NCBI GenBank assembly: GCA_963770935.1
Contig: CAVYRJ010000008.1
Location: 128,001-192,000, forward strand
Origin: Candidatus Bathyarchaeota archaeon
Lineage (GTDB): Archaea > Thermoproteota > Bathyarchaeia > Bathyarchaeales > Bathycorpusculaceae
Reading direction: 5' to 3'
Length of the DNA: 64,000 nt
Positions 19,253 to 29,897 of this stretch are shown in pieces (position 1 is the stretch's first letter; each line of letters begins with the position of its first letter). The notes below the pieces were generated by a model. It was given only the letters and a program-made list of their open reading frames with translations, was not told the DNA's origin and did no database searches. Both the position numbers and the translations under genes were made by a program.

Positions 19253-21079
19253 TTATTTAGTAGCGGCAACTGGTTTAACCTCCTCTTTATCGACGATTTT
19301 GCGGTAGAATTCTTTTGGTCTGGCGTAGTATTCCGCGATTATGTTAGCTACTTCTTTGTAGCTTCGTATGTTGCTTTTGCGCATCCAACGCAATACTGCT
19401 GTTCTACGATGCAACTCTTCAACAAGTTGTTCACGTGTTATTCCAAGGCGCTCTGAGAAGTTGGTGAGTAGAAAACTGCTGCCCAGATCTACAGCTTGCT
19501 CATCTTTGATGGGGTCCCATTTGAAGGGGTTGACGTTCTTTTCGGAGTCAACGATTTCGTTGACTGAGAGGATTCGGCGGTATGCTTTCTTTTCGCCATT
19601 TTTAACCAGGTGAACACGTTGCACTGACATTATGATGTTCATGAGCGGAATGTATGCTGGTGAAATATCCATGGGTTTCTGGGTTAGACGCCTAATGGCT
19701 GACTGGACGTTTTCAGCGTGCATTGTGCACATGCCACCGTGGCCTGTAGCTAATGCTTGGAACAGAACGTATGCTTCTTGACCGCGGACTTCGCCTACAA
19801 TCATCAGGTCTGGGCGGTGTCTCATGCAGGTCTTGACTAGATCGAATAGTGCTACTTCACCTACATTGCTGCCGCCTAAACCATAGCTTTGCCGTGAAAT
19901 GAGTGAGACCCAGTTTTCGTGGGATAGGTTGAGTTCGGCGGTTTCTTCTATAGTCATGATTTTGCTACCGGGTTTGATGAGACAGCCTAAAGCGTTTAAC
20001 GCAGTAGTTTTTCCTGCAGCGGTTCCTCCAAGAACCATGACTGAGGCACGGTTTTCAAGGCAAACCCAAAGGTAAGCTGCCATTTCTTCTGTGAATGTTC
20101 CTATGTTGATGAGGTCAATTATTGAATATGGATCTTCTCGGAATTTTCTGATTGTAAAAGCTGTGCCAAAGGGCGTGATTTCTCTTCTGTAAGCTACAGC
20201 TAATCTGTGTTTTCCAGGTAGTGAAGCATCGACGATTGGGAAAGCGCTGCTAACATGTTTGCCTGACATGTGAACTAATTTTACTACAAGATTGTCAAGG
20301 TCCTCGTCGCTTTCAAATTGAAGGTTAGTTTCTATGCTTTCGAACCCACGATGCCAAATGTAAACAGGCTTGTTTACTCCGTCGCAGGATATGTCTTCTA
20401 TGTTGGGGTCACGCATTAACGGGTCAATTTTGCCAAAACCGACTAAGTCGCGTTCTGCATGATAGAGAATTTTGTACCACGAAACGTCAGGAAGCCAGCC
20501 CATGCTGATTCTGTATTTGTCGACAATTTTTTTGGCTTCTTCGGCAAAGAATTTTCGTGGATCGTTGATTTCTTCTTTGGGTGATTCGATTTCAGCGAGC
20601 AACATTGCGAGGATACGGTTGTATATTCCGCGTTCCATTGGGTCAAGCTGAAGTTCGTCTAGAATATACTTGTTTTCCCCTGTCTTGGGATCTTGAATTA
20701 CCACAACTTGGGCGAAGGGTTCATAGAGTGGATATTTATCAATAATCTTTACGTTTTTTGGCAATGATTTGGCTGCCGGATTTGTTTCAGGTTCGGCAGT
20801 TTTTTCTAAATTTTTGTTTTTTGATTTTAGATTAATTTTAATTTTTGGTAGTTTTATTTTAAAAACTGGCAGTTTTATCTTAATAGCTGGCAGTTTTAGC
20901 TTTTTTTGTTCTTTGGCGGGTTTGGGTTCAGTTGATTTGTGTGTGAGGGAGAACTTGGGTATTTTGATTGATTTTAGTTGTAGTTTTGCTCTGGTGTTTT
21001 GGATTTTTTCTTTGATTTTCTGTTTAAGGTTAAGTTTTGGCATCGTGGGTCGCTTGTTTTCTATTTTGCGATCCCACAC
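19253..21079 (-). CDS. type II/IV secretion ATPase (VirB11/FlaI family)
   Basis: Walker A GGTAAGKTT, IEETAEL, RHRPDLMIVGEVRG and TGHGGMCTMHA. The start may be the ATG at 21043. Confidence 0.95.
   Translation of the reverse strand: MWDRKIENKRPTMPKLNLKQKIKEKIQNTRAKLQLKSIKIPKFSLTHKSTEPKPAKEQKKLKLPAIKIKLPVFKIKLPKIKINLKSKNKNLEKTAEPETNPAAKSLPKNVKIIDKYPLYEPFAQVVVIQDPKTGENKYILDELQLDPMERGIYNRILAMLLAEIESPKEEINDPRKFFAEEAKKIVDKYRISMGWLPDVSWYKILYHAERDLVGFGKIDPLMRDPNIEDISCDGVNKPVYIWHRGFESIETNLQFESDEDLDNLVVKLVHMSGKHVSSAFPIVDASLPGKHRLAVAYRREITPFGTAFTIRKFREDPYSIIDLINIGTFTEEMAAYLWVCLENRASVMVLGGTAAGKTTALNALGCLIKPGSKIMTIEETAELNLSHENWVSLISRQSYGLGGSNVGEVALFDLVKTCMRHRPDLMIVGEVRGQEAYVLFQALATGHGGMCTMHAENVQSAIRRLTQKPMDISPAYIPLMNIIMSVQRVHLVKNGEKKAYRRILSVNEIVDSEKNVNPFKWDPIKDEQAVDLGSSFLLTNFSERLGITREQLVEELHRRTAVLRWMRKSNIRSYKEVANIIAEYYARPKEFYRKIVDKEEVKPVAATK
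20831..20893 (-). repeat. three degenerate 21-bp tandem units encoding LPAIKIK-LPVFKIK-LPKIKIN
   Basis: Units on the + strand: attaattttaatttttggtag / ttttattttaaaaactggcag / ttttatcttaatagctggcag. Confidence 0.75.
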
Positions 21080-21223
21080 CTATTAAATATTATGTCTCAC
21101 TACACAGTATTGTCAATCTGTAGAACAAAGATACAAACCACAAAGAAAACCCACACAAACAGCAAACCATTTTTAAACCCACAAAACATGACATACACAA
21201 ACACACCAACGGAACAATAAGCC

Positions 21224-21919
21224 ATGAACCAAACCCAAAAAATCATCAACCAAGCCAAAAAAGAAGGCAGAAAAGCACTCCTAGAATCCGAAGCCAAAAC
21301 AATCTGCACCGAATACAACATCCCAGTCACTAAATTTAGCCTCGCAAAAAACGAAAAACAAGCCGCATCACAAGCAGACCAAATCGGCTACCCCATCGTC
21401 CTAAAAATCGTCTCCCCAGACATAATCCACAAAACCGAAGCAGGCGGAGTAATGGTTAACCTCAAAAACGCCGCTGAAGTCGTCGCAGGCTACAAAAAAA
21501 TAATTGAAAACGCCGCCAAATACAAGCCAGACGCAAACATAGTTGGTGTTTTGGTACAGGAGATGGCACCACAATCAACCGAGGTTATCGTGGGAGCAGT
21601 CAAGGACCCGCAGTTTGGGCAAACCATCATGTTTGGCCTGGGCGGAATCTTTGTTGAGCTCTTAAAGGACGTAAATTTCCGCGTCGCACCAATAACAGCC
21701 GATGATGCGAAAGAAATGATTATGGGACTAAAGGCTTTTCCATTACTAAATGGATACCGAAATACTCAGCCGGCAGATATCGACGCCTTAGTTGCCATTA
21801 TATGCAGCACCTCGCGTTTAATCATGGATTACCCAGAAATCAAAGAACTAGACCTAAATCCAATTATGGCCTACCCAAAAGGCGCAAAAACAGTCGACGC
21901 GCGAATAATACTAGAATAA
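21224..21919 (+). CDS. acdB: acetate--CoA ligase (ADP-forming) beta subunit, ATP-grasp
   Basis: GYPIVLKIVSPDIIHKTEAGGV, DPQFG..IMFGLGGIFVE, ELDLNP and VDARI motifs. Confidence 0.93.
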   Translation: MNQTQKIINQAKKEGRKALLESEAKTICTEYNIPVTKFSLAKNEKQAASQADQIGYPIVLKIVSPDIIHKTEAGGVMVNLKNAAEVVAGYKKIIENAAKYKPDANIVGVLVQEMAPQSTEVIVGAVKDPQFGQTIMFGLGGIFVELLKDVNFRVAPITADDAKEMIMGLKAFPLLNGYRNTQPADIDALVAIICSTSRLIMDYPEIKELDLNPIMAYPKGAKTVDARIILE

Positions 21920-22170
21920 GTTACCAAGTTTGGCTGCTTTTAAGCTGTTGCACCTTTTTTCGGTGCCGAGGTTTAACTCTCTCAAATCGAGAAAAGAGTT
22001 TGCATTTGAGGGTTTTGTTCTTGTCTGCTAGAAGAAGAACATGTTTTTTTGCTACTTTGTTTGGTGGGGCTTTGTTTTGGGTTGCTTTTAATTAGCAAAC
22101 CTTAAAATAACAGCAGATTGCGTCTGCTAAAGTCATGACGCGTCTGTTGAAGTCTTGGTGAGGCAGAAGG

Positions 22171-22449
22171 TTGCCTTTAACTGAGAAAGTAACGTTCAAA
22201 ACACGGTTACAACGGGGAAACCGAGTACAAGTTTCCAAGCTTGTCCGATGGCGATTCAAGCTTGAATCTGATCAAACCCTAAAAATCACAGTGAAAGCCT
22301 CCGGTATGGTAGCAGTCAGCGAAAGCTTCTATGCACAAATGGGCAAAGACGGACGAGTAGTCGTACCCAAACTCGTTTTGGATCTGCTAAAACGTATCAA
22401 TCCAAACCTAGTTGGCTCTACTATGGAAGTAACACTTGAACCCTCATAA
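22171..22449 (+). CDS. AbrB/MazE-like DNA-binding protein (duplicated swapped hairpin)
   Basis: Two repeats: LQRGNRVQVSKLVR and MGKDGRVVVPKLVL. Confidence 0.7.
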   Translation: MPLTEKVTFKTRLQRGNRVQVSKLVRWRFKLESDQTLKITVKASGMVAVSESFYAQMGKDGRVVVPKLVLDLLKRINPNLVGSTMEVTLEPS

Positions 22450-22574
22450 GACCCTGCCACACAGGTTATTTAGATTAATTCCTTTAAGTTAGTTACTTGT
22501 TACATTCGCTTTAGAATTGCGTGCTGTTCGAATCGTCTCAAAAAATTGATGGTATAAAAAGATAGTATAAGCGC

Positions 22575-22980
22575 TCAGAACTGCTCGATGTTGTTTTCTA
22601 CCGCGAAAGGCTCCAATTTAGCCGTTTTAAGGTAGGGTTTTTTGTGCATAAAATTTGGTATTTTTGAAATTAATGTCTTTTTGCTTCGATTCTCCAAAGC
22701 GATATTGAAAGCTGTAGTTAAAACAGAGTAGGCAATCACCATTCCACCAACAAATTTTAAAATATTTGAGATAGGCTGATAGAATGTGATAAGGCTTAAA
22801 CTTTCGGCTGAAATTGTCCGTTCCAAACCCGCCTTATCAATATTTAGTGTCGCCTGATTTAGTTGCTACTTTTAGTTCTGAAATGCCTGATTCTGGAATC
22901 CACACTAAAATAAACCCAAGAAGCAAAACCAGAGTACCGATTAAAAACAGTACTTTAAAAGTTAATTTAAGGTCAGTCAT
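22575..22980 (-). CDS. hypothetical two-TM membrane protein, frameshifted
   Basis: ATG at 22980 gives MTDLKLTFKVLFLIGTLVLLLGFILVWIP, which joins ORF 22575-22826 after a shift near 22865. Confidence 0.5.
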
Positions 22981-23411
22981 ACTCACTCACAGCCATAGAT
23001 TGTTTATTAATATATGAGATACGGAATATATAAGATTTGCAATCAACTTAGTGGCGCAGTTTGCCTTCCACTCTCGTTTGTCTTTCTTCTGACCAGACAT
23101 GTGATGTTGTTATGTCTTTTGTGTTTGGTTAATAGGTTTAGTGTAGCCTTAAGTTACTTGTTAACCTAAACGCATAACAAGAGCAGAAAAATCGTTATCT
23201 TTTTAAGCTTCCTGTCCTACGGCGCTTTTTTTGTTTTAATAGTTATCATTAGGTTTGCAGGAAAGTTGCAATTTTAGGGGGTAGGCTGCGTTGGATTTGG
23301 CTGTTTTGGGTTCTGAATTGAATTTGCTTTATGAATTGAGCTTCTCCTTTGCTATGTTTCTGAAGGACTGTTTTTTGTCTGTTGGGAAAGCTCCAATCGG
23401 GGCTGTTTAGT

Positions 23412-24193
23412 TTATTTTAGGGTTTGCACCAATTCTTTTAAGGGTGAAAGCGCCCTTTGATTTTCTTTCTCAATTCTTGCAACTAATTTAGCAAAAAGCT
23501 TCTCCAAATTATCGTTGTGTAAATCACCCGTTCCTTTTAAAGAGGAGAGTTGGTAGCCAAATTCTTTTTCGAATGCTTCGCGCAAGAAATCTTCTTCTAA
23601 CCGACGAAAATTTTTGAGGGTTAGTTCAATTTCTTCGGCTTTATCCCCGCTGTCAATCATGCTTTTTTTAACCCAGTTTAGGTTCGGCAGTTTATCTATT
23701 TCCATAGTTGACGCTAGCTGCCAACACTATTGCTCGGAAAACATCAAGCCCATAGTGCTCTTTTAGCCAGTTAATTTGCTTGAAAATTGGAAGGTCTTGT
23801 TGTTTGCCACAATTTTCTAAAAAGATTTGCTAATGTGTTCAGTTTCAAGGGCTGAATTTTTTTGGTTATTATTTCGTTGGCTTTGTTGGGAGAATAATTG
23901 TAGATGTTGTCTGTGAAAAAATCGTTGGGTTGGGGGTTTATTGAGTTTAGGTAGGTTAGGGTGCCTTTGAAGGTTAAGCTGTAGATTTTCTTTTCTTTTC
24001 CGCCTTTTTTGGATGGTTCGGTCCTGATCTGTTTTATGATACCTTCGTTTTGTAGGGGTTTTAGTGTTCTTAGGATGGTTCGGTAGCTGAGTTTTGTTTC
24101 TTTTGGCATTTTGTATTGTCCTAGTTCGGGGTTTTTGATTAGTGCTTTGATTATTTTTAGCTCGGGTTTGGTTGTTTCTTCTGTTGGCTCCAA
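23412..24193 (-). CDS. winged-helix (MarR-like) DNA-binding protein, probably one frameshifted gene
   Basis: LSYRTILRTLKPLQNEGII...KKIYSLTFKG winged HTH; the downstream ORF 23412-23705 is the likely C-terminus. Confidence 0.6.
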
Positions 24194-24382
24194 TGTGACA
24201 TCACAAGTCGTATTATGACCTAAGATGCTTATAAGTTTTGCAGTTGCAAATCAAGCAAAGAAGAGGGGAAAACTCTCACGATTAAGAAAAATAGAAACCT
24301 TAGGTGCACTCAAGCGAGCGACCGCCGAAAGCACATCAGACAAAGATTTTGGTGAACTTATGCATCAGGAGTGGATGGTTAA

Positions 24383-24776
24383 ATGGATGTCGTAGGAAGA
24401 CGTTTGGAGCTGCTAAAACTTGAAGGCTTAGGTTTAACCCAGATTGAAATTGTTAAACAGCTAAGCCAAAAAGCAGGGTGCGCTGAGCGTACACTCTACA
24501 ATGATTTTGAGACCCGTGCCAGTTGGCAGCCTATTTTGCAGAGCGTAATTAAACCTGAAGATGTACTTTTGAAGATAACCAATCGGTATGAGCAGATTTA
24601 TCGCCAGGCAAGTCTACGCGTCCTCTCATCACCCAATCCGCTTGGTGCAGCTTGGTGCCCTAAACACGATGGCGAAGGTGAATTCTTTGATGTTTGAAAC
24701 GTTGGTTTTGCCTGATCTATTGTGTAGGTTAAGGGTTTTGGAGCAGAAGGCGGCGCGGGGGGTTTTTGTACCTTGA
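24383..24776 (+). CDS. HTH-domain protein (~130 aa); frameshift near 24644
   Basis: GLTQIEIVKQLSQKAGCAERTLYNDF HTH; continues VQLGALNTMAK...DLLCRLRVLEQK; GGAGTGGA upstream. Confidence 0.6.
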
Positions 24777-25288
24777 AAAATGAGCGTTTGTTTAGGCGGG
24801 TTGAGAGCTTAAGTGAGAAACTTGCAGATAAGACCTCTGGAAACCTCGTGCATATTGATTTTGATTCGTTCTCTGAGGAAGAGAAGCATCTGTTTCGTAA
24901 GGTTGATGAGATAGAGGAGAAATTTCTTCAAACTGGATCTATGGAGCCTGCGGCTGAGAATTTTGAGTTGATTTACAAGAATCTCGAAGTGATCCTGAGG
25001 CGAGTTAGAGAGATGTATTGCTATGTTGTTCCCATGGTATTAGGAAGTGACGGAACAAAGGAAATTGTTGAGCATTTCTTTAAGTTGCATTTCTACAATT
25101 TTGAAGCTGACCTAACAGAATGCTTAAAGAAGGTACGAACCTGGACAGAGAAAGAACAAAGAGATTTCCTCTCTGATCTGCAGAAGAACGGACCCTGCTT
25201 GTTTAGAATACCGCGAGGCTTCAATGATTCCAATCAAGAGATGGAAAAAAGCAATTTAAAAAATGGTGGTGAATCCAACCAAGGCTAG
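24773..25288 (+). CDS. hypothetical protein
   Basis: 171 aa; 4-nt TTGA overlap with the previous gene suggests translational coupling. Confidence 0.65.
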   Translation: MKNERLFRRVESLSEKLADKTSGNLVHIDFDSFSEEEKHLFRKVDEIEEKFLQTGSMEPAAENFELIYKNLEVILRRVREMYCYVVPMVLGSDGTKEIVEHFFKLHFYNFEADLTECLKKVRTWTEKEQRDFLSDLQKNGPCLFRIPRGFNDSNQEMEKSNLKNGGESNQG

Positions 25289-25436
25289 ATGATAGTTGGT
25301 AGCTTGTTTTAGTTTAAAGCTATAGGTAGCTAGCTAGTTACGTCTACTATTTTCGTAATTGTTACTACGTTATTTGGTGTCCAAACGTTTTTCCTTCTTG
25401 GAAAACGGGACAATCCAAAAGAGATTGAAGATAAAC

Positions 25437-25862
25437 ATGGCAAGAGAATTCACACAAGAGCACATAATGAAAATCTGCCTACCCCCAGAACTGTACCTAG
25501 CAGTAATCAACTACCAAGCACAAAAAGAGTTAGGCAAATCCTACGCAGGACTGCTACTAGTAACCAAAGCAGCATACCAAGAAAAACTAATCAGCAGGGA
25601 AGTTTACGAAAAATATCTTTACCGATACTCACGCAAGCTTGTACCAGAAGAAGAACCGCAGATATTAACAAATGAACAACAAAAAGAAAAACAAAAATTA
25701 GACGAAAAAGCAAGAACCTTCGACAGTCTACCAAGTCAATGGGACATTCATCCTGACCAAGAGTGGCGTCGACGATGGATAAATGAGGCAGAAAAGTGGC
25801 AAGATACGATCCCAGAAGCAAAAGAATTTCTAAAAAAAGTCGGTCCCAAAACTCTTCCTTAA
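25437..25862 (+). CDS. hypothetical protein, possible RHH-like N-terminus
   Basis: ATG at 25437 (MAREFTQEHIMKICLPPELYLAV); charged helical C-terminus. Confidence 0.6.
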   Translation: MAREFTQEHIMKICLPPELYLAVINYQAQKELGKSYAGLLLVTKAAYQEKLISREVYEKYLYRYSRKLVPEEEPQILTNEQQKEKQKLDEKARTFDSLPSQWDIHPDQEWRRRWINEAEKWQDTIPEAKEFLKKVGPKTLP

Positions 25863-26250
25863 ATAAACTTGATGTCAGGTTTCAAACGGGTAATAGTCCC
25901 TATACTAGATGTTGTTGTCTTGATTTCCACTTGACCGCTCTCCTTCTTAATCGTCAGCTAATTCGATGGTAACGTAGCCCATCTTTAAAGCAAAGGTAAA
26001 ACCCAATTATCAATAACACCACTACCTTGTTGAGATCTAAATGTTTGAGCAGAAAACTGAATGGTTCTTTTTGACGACGAGAGGATTAGCTTCAGGGAAT
26101 TCAATGATTGCGCCAATTTATCTGTAAATTCTTCCTTGTAGCGCTATAGGGTGGAATTCAACCAAAAGTTTTATCATTACACCAATCAATGAAATACTTG
26201 ATCGAGGCTTTGAAGGAGTTTACTCACCAGAACTTTAACGAGGTTAAAAA

Positions 26251-27121
26251 GTGAAGTTTTCAAAGATAATTAGGCATAGCCCTTGGCAATTTCTCTTTTT
26301 CGGGAGGCTATTGGCGATAAGGTTTAATAGTTTACAGTATTGCTCCTCCTTGGGATTGTGCCGTTTTGGAAATTTAGATAACGCAAAATACGCATTTGAT
26401 GTTTTTATTCAGCATTTCCAAAATTTTAGGAAATGGGGAAGCCGTTCTAAAGGTTTTGTAATCTCTAGAATTAGGTCCAGGAGATAGACTCTCTTCGTTG
26501 TTATTTACACATTCACTTGGAGGGTCATTCTGTTATTTAAACGACGTAAACAAATTTGCGATAGGCGACATAGCTGAATACCGAAAAATAGCAGAATATT
26601 TGTCAAAACAAGGATTATCGCCTGCGTCACTTTCGAACTGTAAGTGCCTAGACGATTTGCTAACTGAATTTCACGGATGGTATGGCACGTCAGGTTTGAA
26701 ATCTTTACAAACGATACCTTCAGCAAGCGTAGACTTTATCTTCTCAAACGCTGTTTTTGAGCACGTTAATAAAAGAGAAGTTTATTCCACTATAAAGGAA
26801 TTACATCGAATATGCAAAAAGGATGGCGTCTGTTCACATACAATCGATCTCAGAGATCATTTTAAGGATTCGTTGAACCATTTAATAATTCCTGAGTGCC
26901 TATGGGAAGCTACGGGTATGAATAGAAGTTTCACAAACAGATTGCTCTACCCTGATTATCTGAATCTTTTCGAAATGGCGGGGTTCAGAATTGTCAAATT
27001 ATTTAAGCGAAGATGGAAAAGACTTCCCGTATCAAAAGAAAAACTTGCAACACCTTACCGCAATTACTCTTTAGACGACCTGCTTATTGAAAGTTTTATT
27101 ATAGTTCTGAAGAAAATTTAG
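26251..27121 (+). CDS. class I SAM-dependent methyltransferase; frameshift near 26465
   Basis: LELGPGD motif spans the junction; VDFIFSNAVFEHV and HTIDLRDH motifs. Confidence 0.75.
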
Positions 27122-27376
27122 CGCTCACCTTGTTGAGGTTCGATATTCTGTAAATTAAGGTTATTTGGGAGCTGCTGATCAGGTAAGTAATAATCTTAAA
27201 CATTCTGCAGGCAATAAAATGGTTAAAAATTACGGGACACTGGATAAAAAAAACTATTGTTTGTCGAGTGAAGGATTGTTTACTTTCTCTGGCATAAGTT
27301 GTTAACTTCTTCCGCGATTGAGGTGATTCGTTGATTCTAAAATCAATTAATGTTTGTCTTAACCTAAAATCGCAAA

Positions 27377-28627
27377 TTACTCAAATCTAATCTTGCTTTT
27401 AATATTAGCCTTATGATTTCTTCTTGAAAACACAAGATACAAAATAGGCAATGCAATTAATGCTGAGCTTGATATTACAATAATTAAGTTGTAAGGCAAT
27501 TGATTGGTTCTACTTAGTCCCGGGGGCGTTGTTTCTGTTGCAGAAGCGTTTGGTGGTGAGGATAGCAGAGGAATTGGACTGGGGGTTGTAAGTTTAATGG
27601 AAGTAGGCTTAGGGGTAAGCCAGTTGTAATATTGATCGGGCAAAACGGAAGGAAGTGGATTTGACGGCAATTTATCGCTCTTAAGTGCCACATTAAAGGT
27701 AAAGTTATTGTACGGATCATCCATAAAACTGCTAGTATACAGGTTGTATGTTTCCACAGACACTTTCATTTTTTCCAAATCGAAGATATAAATTCGTACA
27801 GCAGCAGCTCCAGTTGTTTGCCGATTAAAAAAAATTTCTTCACGGTTCCCAGCTTTTGTCATGTTTGCAGTACCTTGAATATAGTGCCCGTTCATCGTTA
27901 GAAAGACATTTGAGTATTCATCCAAGAGAATTCTAAGATTGCTTTCCCAATCACCTGCTTTACCGTAACCTGCCGTCTCATTCAAATAGCTGTGAGTTGC
28001 GATTACAACATTTGAGTTAGGGTTCTTATCGAGTAAACCTCTCATCCAAGCTATCACTGAACTGTTTGCATGATATTCTATATTTAATATTAGAAAAGGG
28101 TATTCGTCTTTTGTAAACGAAACTGCAGTATTCTTTGAGTCAAAGCAGTCATCGACCCAAAAACTTTGTGCCCTTTTGCTCATAGCATTAAAGGCCAAAT
28201 ATCGACTCCCAAGCCAGTCTAGATTAGGATTACCAAAGCCTACACCTACTCCAAATTGATCGTGATTCCCAGCTGACCAACAATAAGGTATTCCAGCATC
28301 AAGCAAGATACCCATTGAATCATTTGCATTCTTCCATTGGGAAGCATCCGTAGCATTGTCAACGATATCTCCTGTATGAATAACCAAACGGAGATTGTAA
28401 TTTTTAGAGTTGTTACTTATCCAATCAGTTAAATTTTGAAATAGGTAAGGCTGAGTATCTGAAAGATGCTGAGTATCAGTTATTTGCATTAGGCTAAAAG
28501 AAGAAGAGGCAGAGTCGCTCTGCCCGCACACAATAAATGTCTCGGATGAGATAAACTGGCTAAAACAAAGAACAGATAAATTAAGAAGAATAAAAATAGC
28601 GAGCCATTGCTGGGCGTTTATTTTCAT
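27377..28627 (-). CDS. exported, membrane-anchored metallophosphoesterase (calcineurin-like)
   Basis: Signal peptide; DTQH, GDIVD, GNHD, THSY and NGHY motifs; P/S/T linker; C-terminal TM with basic tail. Confidence 0.85.
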   Translation of the reverse strand: MKINAQQWLAIFILLNLSVLCFSQFISSETFIVCGQSDSASSSFSLMQITDTQHLSDTQPYLFQNLTDWISNNSKNYNLRLVIHTGDIVDNATDASQWKNANDSMGILLDAGIPYCWSAGNHDQFGVGVGFGNPNLDWLGSRYLAFNAMSKRAQSFWVDDCFDSKNTAVSFTKDEYPFLILNIEYHANSSVIAWMRGLLDKNPNSNVVIATHSYLNETAGYGKAGDWESNLRILLDEYSNVFLTMNGHYIQGTANMTKAGNREEIFFNRQTTGAAAVRIYIFDLEKMKVSVETYNLYTSSFMDDPYNNFTFNVALKSDKLPSNPLPSVLPDQYYNWLTPKPTSIKLTTPSPIPLLSSPPNASATETTPPGLSRTNQLPYNLIIVISSSALIALPILYLVFSRRNHKANIKSKIRFE

Positions 28628-28732
28628 ATAACACCAAACTATCTTAACTACCTAATTATTTTTTCGCATGTCGATAGACTTGGATGATTTACGCTAATTA
28701 TAAATACTTTTTATGTATAAATCTCGTACCGC

Positions 28733-29668
28733 ATGATTTCAGGCTTTATGATTGTTAGGGATGTGCTTGGACAAGGCTACCCGTTCGTTGAGGCTATCGC
28801 TTCAGCCCTGCCAATTTGTGACGAATTTGTAATTTCGGACGGATATTCTACGGACGGCACGTATGAGGTTTTAGAACGAGTAGCGACCTTAAACGCCAAA
28901 GTTAAAGTGTATAGATACCGATGGCCTGAAAAAAAAGACCTAAGAGTATTGGCTGATGTAACTAACGAAGTGAGAAAAAAGTGCAATTTCCAATACATCT
29001 TCTCAGTGCAAGCAAACGAGATTATTCACCAAGATAGTGTTCCATTCATTAAAGCTTTGCCAAGTATGCTTCCTCATGTTAACACTTTTAGCTTCCCCTA
29101 TTTGCAGTTGCTAAACAACAATAAGCTAACTGAGGAATTTAGGCTACGCTTTTCCAAGAATCTTCCACAAATTGTAGCTATTGGAGATGCGTGGACTCTT
29201 GGTGCTTCCAAATCCTTTGAAAGAGCAAAAAAAATACGGGCTATTGCACATCCTCGAATGATGTCGCGCTATATTTCCCATGGCATAGGGTTCAATTACG
29301 CTAATTCATGCTATGGTCCTCATTCAAGAGCAATCTATTTGCCAAAGCCCGTTTTCAGGTATTGGTCGCTCTTTCCCGTTAGTTTTTTGGAAAAATGTAG
29401 AAAGCACGCAGAACTCTTTGCTTTCCCCGAGTTCCAACAAACGTCCGATCTGTTAAAATCGCAGCTGGACAAACCTGAGGTTTTTTGGAGAGCAGGTTCA
29501 GAATTTCTAAAAAATTTAGAGTTCAAGGAAGCTATACAGTATTCCGAGGAATTCAGGTTCGTTGACAAGAAAGATCATCCCGCCATTATTCAAGACTTTA
29601 TTTCTAATCCTCATGCTGACAAATACTATGTCAGAGAGGAATTGTTTGAATTGATAGAGAAGTTATAG
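28733..29668 (+). CDS. glycosyltransferase family 2-like
   Basis: ISGFMIVRD...DEFVISDGYSTDGT GT-A N-terminus. Confidence 0.8.
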   Translation: MISGFMIVRDVLGQGYPFVEAIASALPICDEFVISDGYSTDGTYEVLERVATLNAKVKVYRYRWPEKKDLRVLADVTNEVRKKCNFQYIFSVQANEIIHQDSVPFIKALPSMLPHVNTFSFPYLQLLNNNKLTEEFRLRFSKNLPQIVAIGDAWTLGASKSFERAKKIRAIAHPRMMSRYISHGIGFNYANSCYGPHSRAIYLPKPVFRYWSLFPVSFLEKCRKHAELFAFPEFQQTSDLLKSQLDKPEVFWRAGSEFLKNLEFKEAIQYSEEFRFVDKKDHPAIIQDFISNPHADKYYVREELFELIEKL

Positions 29669-29897
29669 GTAGCGCGCGCAGCTGAAAGTAAGCTGCCGCA
29701 GCCAAGGCATTCCTATTAAGTAACCTCTCTCTTAGAATTACAGTAAGGTCATTTTTTTCTTTTTGCAATTGAGGGCAGATTTTTAAACGTTTTCTTAACT
29801 GGTTCTTTTGGTTAATAGTTCAGGCTGTAACTCAGAAATTTTTCGACCTGATGTAGATTTCCTAACTACATAAACGAATCATTCTTGCCTTAATTTA

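Noticed and set aside
16690-21079. Archaellum (flagellar) operon
   Set aside because: No FlaH, FlaF, FlaG or chemotaxis genes are present in the window.
22110-22150. Short inverted and direct repeats (AGCAGA..TCTGCT, GCGTCTG twice) upstream of the AbrB-like gene
   Set aside because: Arms of 6-7 bp are too short to separate from chance.
24242-24254. 13-mer AGTTGCAAATCAA shared in inverted orientation with 4725-4737
   Set aside because: Matches of this length are expected by chance in 64 kb.
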